Source: a virus (Duplodnaviria; Caudoviricetes). Taken from it: a DNA stretch of 40,205 nt. The position numbers were made by a program, and so were the translations under genes. The notes under the pieces are model-generated. The model made no database searches, was not told the DNA's origin, and saw nothing but the letters and a program-made list of their open reading frames with translations. Shown here one piece after another: positions 33,141-40,205 of the stretch. The DNA is taken from positions 1 through 40,205 of IMG/VR virus record IMGVR_UViG_3300037044_000259; one strand, given 5' to 3'. Within the stretch, counting starts at the first letter, position 1; every line of letters begins with the position of its first letter.

Positions 33141-34925
33141 TTACCTGAGCTGTTTGGGAAAGACGACGTCGAGAGCTACAAAGCTCTGGGCGTCGGGATA
33201 GTCGAGGAAGCCTCGCGAGCGAAGCGAACCAGCCGCCTTTACGAACGAACTCGAATTTGCCGAGTAGCCGGCACCTTTGGCGCAGGCTTCTCGCGAGATC
33301 CTGGCTGGATAGACGTTCATCGCAACCCGCAACACGGCAGCCTCGGGGCCCGGTAGCAATCCGAGCAGCTTGGATTGGAAATCAGCCAGCGTCAATCGGA
33401 CGTCTGAACGTGGAGTCGCGGCCTCTCCCGCTCGCGTGAGGGCAAACGTGTCGGCGGTGGGATAAGAAATCAGCCCCTTAACCCGGAGCGACCCAGCCGC
33501 TTTGACAAAGCTGGATGAACTTGCGCTGTAGTTGGCGACCACTGCGACGGCTGGGCGTGTGGGATTCTCTTCGCCACACTTCGACCAGAATGCCAGCGCG
33601 TTCAGGATTGCCGTTTCCGGCCCCGTCAATCCATCGGCGGAGGCCCGATTGCCTCCGCCGCCAGTTGCACCACTCGCAGTAGGTGCATGTCGCGCCGCGT
33701 TTTCCTGGACGTCTCGCGGCGCCTTCACGTGGGTATCAGGTTTAGTTTGTGATGATCCGGGCCAAGGCTTGCTTGCCCGTTCAAAGTTCTTCTGGCTGTG
33801 CTCGTGCGCAACTTCAAACAGTTCTTTGACCAACTCATCGAGCCGCGATGCGATGCCGGACGCCCGGCTTGCCAGGCTATTGACGGAAAGGCTTTCGGTC
33901 TCGAGCAGCCCTCGCAGAGTCGCGATGTCCTCCTGTGCCTTCCCCAGCTCGCCGGCATCGATGCGGACCGGTGTTGCCTGCTGATCGCGGAGCTGACGCT
34001 TTAGCTCTGCAATCTGCGTCTTGAGTTTGGCCGGGTCGTTTGCATCGACCTCTGTCTTGACCTGCACCATCTTCGCCGAGAGCTCGTCCAAGTTGACGCT
34101 GGCCCAGCCCTTTGGCATCTTGAACTCGGCGTGCTCCGGAGTCGCGCTCGAGTCGTATGTCTTAATCCGCGGAAACTTCACGCGTTCGAGGATCTCGCTG
34201 CCTGGTGCGTACAGCCAGCCCTCGCCAACGGGAAGACGCGCGAGAGAGTCGGTCACGCTCTTCGCTTGCTTGGTATCGCCGACGCCGGCGACCCAGCCTT
34301 CGACTGCTTTTCGATCCTGGACTGAGATGACGCGGAGTGCGAAGAGCACCTGTGTTTGGGTGAGTGAGTCCTTGTGCACCTTCGCGGGACGCTGACTGCT
34401 GAGCACGACCTGCACGCCCAGCGATCGCCCTTGGCTCAAGAGTTTGTTGGTCCAATGGAGGAGCATGATCTCCTCCCGCATCGGGTTCTGGGGAGCGAAC
34501 TCGTGGGCCTCGTCCAGCACGAGCATGAGGCGAGCTTTGTTGCGGCGAAAGATCTCGCCGAGGAAGCCGATCATGAACGTGCACTTTGCCGCCTCCGAGA
34601 AGTGTTTCAGGTCGATGATGCAAGGCCGGTTGCCTGTTGCCACGAGTTCACCGACGACGGCGCCTGAGGTTTGGTCGATGGGTACGTCGGCGTGCTCGCC
34701 CCCGAAGATGACGAGCGGATAGCCGGCCGACTTGCCGTCCGCGGACGACTTGAGTCCCCACCAGTCGCCCTTGGGATCGACGATGCAAACGCGCTGCTGC
34801 GCCTCGAGGAGCTGCTCGACGAACCACTTGATCGTGTACGACTTACCAGACCCCGTGATGCCCAGGGCAGCCCAGTGGAACTTGAAGATCTCGGACGGAA
34901 GTGTGAGAGTCGGCGTGAGCTTCAT
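33141..34925 (-). CDS. HerA/FtsK-like (DUF87-type) ATPase with tandem C-terminal winged helices
   Basis: Walker A GITGSGKS, IVDPKGD, Walker B LVLDEAH, GRSLG, SQRPAKV; repeated YSAxSSSFVKAAGSLR. Start taken at the ATG at 34925. Confidence 0.88.
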   Translation of the reverse strand: MKLTPTLTLPSEIFKFHWAALGITGSGKSYTIKWFVEQLLEAQQRVCIVDPKGDWWGLKSSADGKSAGYPLVIFGGEHADVPIDQTSGAVVGELVATGNRPCIIDLKHFSEAAKCTFMIGFLGEIFRRNKARLMLVLDEAHEFAPQNPMREEIMLLHWTNKLLSQGRSLGVQVVLSSQRPAKVHKDSLTQTQVLFALRVISVQDRKAVEGWVAGVGDTKQAKSVTDSLARLPVGEGWLYAPGSEILERVKFPRIKTYDSSATPEHAEFKMPKGWASVNLDELSAKMVQVKTEVDANDPAKLKTQIAELKRQLRDQQATPVRIDAGELGKAQEDIATLRGLLETESLSVNSLASRASGIASRLDELVKELFEVAHEHSQKNFERASKPWPGSSQTKPDTHVKAPRDVQENAARHAPTASGATGGGGNRASADGLTGPETAILNALAFWSKCGEENPTRPAVAVVANYSASSSSFVKAAGSLRVKGLISYPTADTFALTRAGEAATPRSDVRLTLADFQSKLLGLLPGPEAAVLRVAMNVYPARISREACAKGAGYSANSSSFVKAAGSLRSRGFLDYPDAQSFVALDVVFPKQLR

Positions 34926-35224
34926 GCTGTTGTGTCCAGGCTGTTGCGGATCGGTCGGCCGTATTCGTCTGTCATGGGCGGGCGCGGAGGGGGAGGAGGC
35001 CAGCCCTTCGTCGGTGTGGGCTGGGCCACACGCTGAGTGGAACCTCCGGCGTTCTCCCACTCACGGATTCGAGACTTCTCGGCAGCGTCGATCAGAGCAC
35101 GACCGATGCGCTCCGCTTCGTCGGCGCTGAGCGATTCGCGATCGGATCCAAAGTACTGCTCAAAGGGAGTGGGCACGAGGAAGCTGACGGTGCCGCGTGG
35201 TCCTGGTTGGATGTGGCTGATCAC
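34922..35224 (-). CDS. hypothetical protein
   Basis: Coupled by 4-nt overlaps on both sides; LSADEAERIGRALIDAA helix common in small phage proteins. Confidence 0.65.
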   Translation of the reverse strand: MISHIQPGPRGTVSFLVPTPFEQYFGSDRESLSADEAERIGRALIDAAEKSRIREWENAGGSTQRVAQPTPTKGWPPPPPRPPMTDEYGRPIRNSLDTTA

Positions 35225-35787
35225 GATTCACCTCCAGCAATCGCGTTCGCCCGCGCGTCGAGCAGCCGCTCGTATTCCTCGGCGGTCTCGGTCAGCGGGC
35301 GGATCTTGATGACGATGCCCGGCTGGCAGTCGATCGAGACGTACCACTTCAGCGGCTCGCCGGCACAGACTTGCTTGTCATCGAGCCAGACGCGGGCTTC
35401 GGTCAGTGCGTCGAGTACGCACTTGTCCATGTTGTCGCGGTCGGGCTTCTGCGGCATCCAGATCGGGCCGCGCGGATACTTCGGCTTCAGCAGCTCCTTC
35501 GTCCGCGCGAAGTAGGCGAACACATCAACGCGGAGCGGCCCATCCAGCGGCGGGTTCGGTGCAAGCTTCCGCGCGGCACGAATGATCTTCTGCTTCCATG
35601 CGTAACCGTCGGATTCGTCGTCCTCGTACTGACGGGTGGACGGGACCTTGCGGCCCTTCTTTCCCGAGAAGCGATAGATGACGCACGACCGGGCTCGGGG
35701 CTGCCCGCACGGTTCGCCGGCGACGACGATCGTGAGCGGCTCGACAGCCGCGACGATGCCGGGGATTGGCAGCGTGGCTTGGCTCAA
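35221..35787 (-). CDS. rusA: RusA-family Holliday junction resolvase
   Basis: GEP.GQPRAR, PLDGPLRV, KPDRDN..K.VLDALT....W.DDKQV. Confidence 0.9.
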   Translation of the reverse strand: MSQATLPIPGIVAAVEPLTIVVAGEPCGQPRARSCVIYRFSGKKGRKVPSTRQYEDDESDGYAWKQKIIRAARKLAPNPPLDGPLRVDVFAYFARTKELLKPKYPRGPIWMPQKPDRDNMDKCVLDALTEARVWLDDKQVCAGEPLKWYVSIDCQPGIVIKIRPLTETAEEYERLLDARANAIAGGES

Positions 35788-36416
35788 GCTCCACCTCCCG
35801 ACCGCTTGAGCTGCTCGCAGATCGCGTCACGCTTGGCGGGATCGATGAACTGGAGTCCGCACAGGTTGAACGCGTCGACCTCGGTCGGTACCGACACACG
35901 CTGCCCGCCGGCGTCGACCAGGAAGCCCTCGATCGAGGCCTGCTTGTCCTGCGGGATGCCGTGGTGCTTCTTCCAACGGGAGAGGAAGATCTGGCCGAAC
36001 TCGGACGGGCCGGTCCGCATGATCTCGATCCAGCCGCGGTTGGAATCGCCGTGCGCGTACCGGTGGATCTGCACGCCGATCGGATACGACTCGTCGCCGC
36101 GCACCATCGTCATGTTCAGCGAGCAGTACTTGAACCCGGGCTTGAATCCCTCGACGGCCTCCCCGAAGGTGCGCCGCCTGGTCTCATCCCCGAACAGACC
36201 GTCGGTTCTGATCGTGCCGGAGATCGACCGGTACAGCTCGTCGCGGTCCTTGTCGACGGGCATGCGGGCGGTGAACTCAAGATCGCCGACCTCCTCACGG
36301 CCGCGGCGGACGCTGCCGACGACCATGCAGCTGTCCGCCGGCATGTTCCACAGGATCATCAGGGCGCGTGCGGCGTCCTGCGCCATCGCGAGCGGGAGAC
36401 GTGTGCCTGTGCTCAT
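35784..36416 (-). CDS. minimal PolX-family (pol beta-like palm and thumb) protein
   Basis: VVGSVRRGREEVGDLEF, RTGPSEF, VPTE.D.F...GL.FI.P..R. Start at ATG 36416. Confidence 0.85.
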   Translation of the reverse strand: MSTGTRLPLAMAQDAARALMILWNMPADSCMVVGSVRRGREEVGDLEFTARMPVDKDRDELYRSISGTIRTDGLFGDETRRRTFGEAVEGFKPGFKYCSLNMTMVRGDESYPIGVQIHRYAHGDSNRGWIEIMRTGPSEFGQIFLSRWKKHHGIPQDKQASIEGFLVDAGGQRVSVPTEVDAFNLCGLQFIDPAKRDAICEQLKRSGGGA

Positions 36417-36619
36417 GACTCGGACTTCTCCTTCCTGCTCCGCGGCTCGCGAGCACGGCCGGCCTGGGCGAAGAGCGTGACTGGTGTGTGATGGACGGGA
36501 AAGTTGCGGGCAATGGCGGCATCGAGCGAGTTCGCGCGGTCCTCGCATCCGATGCACATGCCGTACTTGTCGCGGCACGGTTGCCCGCACCGCCGGCAGT
36601 TGAAAGGGAGACGCTTCAT
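36413..36619 (-). CDS. small zinc-finger-like protein
   Basis: CRRC...CIGC; ATGA overlaps with both neighbours. Confidence 0.55.
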   Translation of the reverse strand: MKRLPFNCRRCGQPCRDKYGMCIGCEDRANSLDAAIARNFPVHHTPVTLFAQAGRAREPRSRKEKSES

Positions 36620-38436
36620 TCGTCTTCGCCCTCCTGCTCATCCGTGTCGGCCTTGGACTTCGGCGCCTTCTTCGCCGCCGGCTTCTTCGAGTCCTTGGCG
36701 GCGGGCTTCTTCAGCTTGTCCATTTCGGCTTTGACGAAGTCGTCCTGCACGGGTGGCGGCTTCACCTCAAGACCGAACGCTTTGAGCACGGCGTGCTGGA
36801 ACGCAATCGGAGCGTCGTCAGTTGTGGGCGGCGCGAACAGGCCGAAGTTCGTGCCGCACGATTTCTGAATCTCCATCGCATTGTGGATGCTCGGGTTCAC
36901 AGTGAGCCGGAGCAACCGGAGCAACTCGGGAGAAGCGAAGTCCTTGGGCTTGGCGTTGTACGTGCACGCCGCTTCGTATGGCTTGGATCGCTGCACCAAG
37001 GCGAACATGCACCATCGCGCTTCCTCGGCTGCCAGATACTTCGCAAGCGCGGGAGTTGCGACTTTGTTCTCCCACTCGGTGGCTGCCGCTTGGTACTTCC
37101 GGTTTCCCTGAATCTTCGCGTCGTACTCGGGCGTGCCGTAGTCGCCAGGCCGACGGACGTGGGCGCTCGGTGTGCTCTTCGCCGGGCCTTTCTTCTTTTC
37201 CGACCTGGCTTCGATCCGCTCCTGGGCTCGTTCCTTCACAGCGAACGGCGAAACGAACGCGGGCGTCAGAACGCGGATCTCGGAGAGGCCGAGGTGCTTG
37301 TCGGCGTCCTTCTGCTTGCCGGCCTTCGCGGCCTCGTACTTGTTGAGCACCTTGGTGACCGTGCCCGACAGCGCTCGGCTCGCCGCGGCAGACTTCTCCT
37401 GGTAACACGACGGCTTGAGGCAGACGCCGGACTTGGGCTCGGGCCGCTCGCTCGTGCCACCGTACCGGCCGACTTTGTTGACCGAGCGGTGATCGTCGGC
37501 GTACAGCGTCTTGCCCTCGAAGAGCCCGGGATTGTTCAGCGAGTTGTGCGGGCATTCGACGCACGCGGGCTTCGCATCGAACGGCTGCTCCAGCTTCCAC
37601 GGCACCTGCGCGAGGCTGAAGCAGACGCGGGCGACCTCCTGCCGCAGTTGCTCGATCGGGCCTGCGTGGTCCTCGCCGGACATCGCCTCTGCGAGATCGC
37701 CGCCGATCGCGTAGGCCTCGGCCAGTTCGTCTCGGCGCTTCGGGTCGGCGACCTTGGCGATCTCCTTCGCGTGGGCGAGCGGGAGCCGGCCGGACGACAC
37801 CAGGTCGCGGGCCTTGCCACTGAAGCCGGCGAGGAACATTCGATCGCGCACCCAGGCGGTGGGCTTGCCGACGCGTCCGGCGACCGTCGCTATCACTTCC
37901 GAGCGGATCTGGGCCATGATCGAAACGCACGCCGTCGGATCTCCGCCCTCGAGCTTGAGTCGCTCGGCCATCTTGATCTCAAACAGATCAGCGATCGCCA
38001 CCGCCTCTCCGATGGGTGACGGATCCACGCGCTGGATGTTCTCGACCGCGCGTGCCTCGCTCTCGGCGTTGGCCGGTGCCTCGCTCGAAACCACGACGGC
38101 CGAGATGCGCTGATGCCCAAGCCGCTTGCACGCCCGCAGCCGACGCTCACCGAACACGAGCTTGAAGCGGTTGTCGCCGATCTCGACCACGCGGATCGGC
38201 TGTTGCAGGCCCGCCGTGGCGATCGACTGAGCGAGCTCGTCGATCTTCAGTTCAGAGTCCGTCATCGCCTCGCGGTCCTGCTTGGACACGATCTCGATCT
38301 TGTCGATCGGGATCTGCTCCACCTTGCCGGCGAGGATTGCTTCCTTGCCAGCCATCACACCAGGCGGCAGCACGAGCGGTGCGATCGCTGCGGGCTTCTT
38401 GGACTCTGGCTTCTTGCTCTTCGTTGCGGTCTTCAT
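36616..38436 (-). CDS. ParB/RepB/Spo0J-family protein
   Basis: ELAQSIA..GLQQPIRV, LVFGERRLRA, ENIQRVD.SP..EA, HTH, then CxxC...C....C cluster. Confidence 0.9.
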   Translation of the reverse strand: MKTATKSKKPESKKPAAIAPLVLPPGVMAGKEAILAGKVEQIPIDKIEIVSKQDREAMTDSELKIDELAQSIATAGLQQPIRVVEIGDNRFKLVFGERRLRACKRLGHQRISAVVVSSEAPANAESEARAVENIQRVDPSPIGEAVAIADLFEIKMAERLKLEGGDPTACVSIMAQIRSEVIATVAGRVGKPTAWVRDRMFLAGFSGKARDLVSSGRLPLAHAKEIAKVADPKRRDELAEAYAIGGDLAEAMSGEDHAGPIEQLRQEVARVCFSLAQVPWKLEQPFDAKPACVECPHNSLNNPGLFEGKTLYADDHRSVNKVGRYGGTSERPEPKSGVCLKPSCYQEKSAAASRALSGTVTKVLNKYEAAKAGKQKDADKHLGLSEIRVLTPAFVSPFAVKERAQERIEARSEKKKGPAKSTPSAHVRRPGDYGTPEYDAKIQGNRKYQAAATEWENKVATPALAKYLAAEEARWCMFALVQRSKPYEAACTYNAKPKDFASPELLRLLRLTVNPSIHNAMEIQKSCGTNFGLFAPPTTDDAPIAFQHAVLKAFGLEVKPPPVQDDFVKAEMDKLKKPAAKDSKKPAAKKAPKSKADTDEQEGEDE

Positions 38437-38492
38437 CGAACTGACTCCTCGAGGTCTCGCCGGCGTTCACCCGATCGCCGGTCCGATCTCGC

Positions 38493-38846
38493 TTAGGGCT
38501 GGGACTTCTTGCTGGGGCGGCGAGCAGCTGCTCGCTTCACGACCTGGGCTGTCTTCACGGGCTTGAAAAAGCCCTGCCGCTTGAGAGCGGTCTTCGGAAT
38601 GCGGCAGGCAGACAACGGCTCGGGCTTGGATTGCTGCTCCAGCCGCGGCTGCTCGACTTCATCGCCGGCGAGATTGAGCAGCTGGCGACCGAGCGCCCGC
38701 ACTTCATCACGCGTCCCCAGGATTCCGACCGTTTCGGTTTCACTCTTGAAGAGCAATCCCCGCTGCCGTTCGGACGTTGAAACCTCGTTGACTTCCGTTG
38801 CCTCGTGCGACGTGCAAACGTCATCGCGTTCGATTGTGAATCTCAA
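38493..38846 (-). CDS. hypothetical protein
   Basis: Coupled to the upstream ORF; GAGGAGG RBS. Confidence 0.55.
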   Translation of the reverse strand: MRFTIERDDVCTSHEATEVNEVSTSERQRGLLFKSETETVGILGTRDEVRALGRQLLNLAGDEVEQPRLEQQSKPEPLSACRIPKTALKRQGFFKPVKTAQVVKRAAARRPSKKSQP

Positions 38847-39157
38847 AGATCGTCCTCCTCGTCGTCATCGAATGTGGGGGAGTCGTCGTCCCAGTCCTCG
38901 TCATCGACGTCGTGATCGGCGGTCAGCTCTGCGACGAGCGCATCCTCGGTGCTCTGCGCTTCAGCCTGCGCCCGCTTCAGAGTGTCGAAGGAGGTGCACG
39001 CCGTCGCCCCCATGAGTTCCGGCGAGCCTTCAAGATGAAAGCGAGCGCTCTTTTGGCGGATCGTCCAGGTGAACCTGTCGCCATCATCGTGGACCTCGGA
39101 CAGCGCAGTCCAGATGCCTTCCGATTCCAGCTTCCATTCGAGATTGCGAAGGCTCAT
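38843..39157 (-). CDS. hypothetical acidic protein
   Basis: GGAGG RBS; ATGA coupling; F.TL..AQ..AQ motif common in small phage proteins. Confidence 0.65.
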   Translation of the reverse strand: MSLRNLEWKLESEGIWTALSEVHDDGDRFTWTIRQKSARFHLEGSPELMGATACTSFDTLKRAQAEAQSTEDALVAELTADHDVDDEDWDDDSPTFDDDEEDDL

Positions 39158-39495
39158 CGGCGCACCTCCGCAGCCACTGGGCTTCGGTCGACGATCGCGA
39201 CTGCCGCGGCCTTGACGGTGACCTGGACCTCGACGTCTGCCTCAAGCACACGCCCTTCCCAAGACTCGATGCGGAGCCGAAGCTGGCAATCGCCAGACTG
39301 GTCCGTCTGATGCCACCATGTGTCCGCGAAATCCTCGAAGATCTCCGGGAACTTCAAGGCGCCCATGCTCCAAGCGCCGGACACCTGCGACCAATCGAGT
39401 TCGACCGCTCGCACGCCGGTGGACTTTCGCACCTTGACGACCGTCGCCCGGTACTGCCCGTGTCTCAGCTTTCTCAGCTTTGCCAGCGTGTTCAC
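39154..39495 (-). CDS. hypothetical protein
   Basis: GTG at 39495 overlaps the upstream stop (GTGA). Confidence 0.55.
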   Translation of the reverse strand: MNTLAKLRKLRHGQYRATVVKVRKSTGVRAVELDWSQVSGAWSMGALKFPEIFEDFADTWWHQTDQSGDCQLRLRIESWEGRVLEADVEVQVTVKAAAVAIVDRSPVAAEVRR

Positions 39496-40205
39496 GCCAC
39501 ACCCCCGCGGCCGTCGCGCGTGGCCTCGAGGTCCGCCCTGGTGTGCTTCTTGACGTACTCCTTCACCGATCGCCTCACCGCGGAGACGACGTTCTCGCCG
39601 GCGTTGAGCTTGTCGCTCAGGTTCTTGCCGTCCTCGATGAACTTGTAGAGCTGGCCGATCGTGACGAAGCCGGCATCGACCAGCTTCTGCTTCGCGCGGT
39701 CGTTGACGTCGAGTTCGTTGATGCTCGCCTGGAGATGCTGGTTCCATCCCTCGGGCTGCTCGCCGCCGACGATCTTCAGTTCCGGCGTCTCGCCCTTCTT
39801 CGCCTTGGGCGTGCCAGGCTTTCCGACCGGGGCGTCGCTCTCTTCCTCGTCGTCATCCTCGGCCTCGAAGTCCGGCACGGTGACATCGGCATCGCTGAAG
39901 AGCTGGGGCTCGTCGGCCTTCTCGACGCAGACCGCGATCTCGCCGTCGGCCCACTTGATGGTGGAGTTCAGCCGCTCGAGCTCGCGAACGCAGCGACCGA
40001 AGTCGGCATCCAGGCGTTCCTGCTTCAACTTCGACTCGTGGCCGGAGAGCTTCTCGCGGTGGAGCTGGCTCATCTCGTCGCGGGCGTGGTCGCGTGCCTC
40101 GCGCATCTTCTTCTTCGCCGTCTCTGCCTTCGTGCGGAGATCGACCAGGTTGCGGATGCGCTGACAAACGACGGCGGGAAAGGCCTGATATTCCTTCTTG
40201 CTCAT
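39492..40205 (-). CDS. coiled-coil protein with C-terminal RNAP alpha-CTD-like domain
   Basis: SINELDVNDRAKQKLVDAGFVTIGQL...NAGENVVSAV resembles alpha-CTD I.ELELSVR..N.L..AGI.TIGDL...N.G.KS..EI. Confidence 0.65.
   Translation of the reverse strand: MSKKEYQAFPAVVCQRIRNLVDLRTKAETAKKKMREARDHARDEMSQLHREKLSGHESKLKQERLDADFGRCVRELERLNSTIKWADGEIAVCVEKADEPQLFSDADVTVPDFEAEDDDEEESDAPVGKPGTPKAKKGETPELKIVGGEQPEGWNQHLQASINELDVNDRAKQKLVDAGFVTIGQLYKFIEDGKNLSDKLNAGENVVSAVRRSVKEYVKKHTRADLEATRDGRGGVA

Larger units (their letters stand above)
1..40205. mobile_element. HK97/lambda-like siphovirus prophage (right end likely incomplete)
   Basis: Integrase next to a tRNA-like end, followed by terminase, portal, protease, capsid, neck, tail tube, tape measure and tail tip genes in canonical order, then phage-type early genes. 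Confidence 0.95.

Noticed and set aside
33141-34925. HerA-based anti-phage defence system (Sir2-HerA/Nezha type)
   Set aside because: No effector partner; embedded in a translationally coupled phage early operon.
1-40205. CRISPR array, rRNA, complete tRNA genes or IS elements
   Set aside because: No regularly spaced repeats, full cloverleafs or transposase motifs seen by eye.

Overview
The window is a GC-rich, HK97/lambda-like siphovirus prophage, probably truncated on the right because no replication initiator, primase or attR is visible. From left to right it holds: a tRNA-like 3' end (att site) into which a tyrosine integrase gene runs; an XRE HTH gene, a ParB-fused DNA methyltransferase and an HNH gene; two paralogous minus-strand genes diverging from a probable cos region; a complete head, neck and tail operon with several decoration-type genes, a -1 frameshifted tail chaperone, a three-gene moron and a fused NlpC/P60-Ubl-gpJ tail-tip protein; and a minus-strand arm with lysis-like genes, a HerA-like ATPase, RusA, a minimal PolX, a ParB-family protein and an RNAP alpha-CTD-like protein. 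The most unusual signals are: (1) interleaved 15-bp and 13-bp inverted repeats (pseudoknot or switch RNA) plus a strong promoter hidden in the integrase 3' tail next to att; (2) a small structural-type protein whose paralogous domain is fused to a 500-aa cargo, expressed from a mirror-image late promoter across cos; (3) a recurring TTGnCn-N16-TAGTHT promoter family; (4) a protease-Ubl-gpJ polyprotein preceded by a DUF6527-like gene; (5) a non-canonical lysis set. All family calls come from motif recognition by eye; no searches were run.
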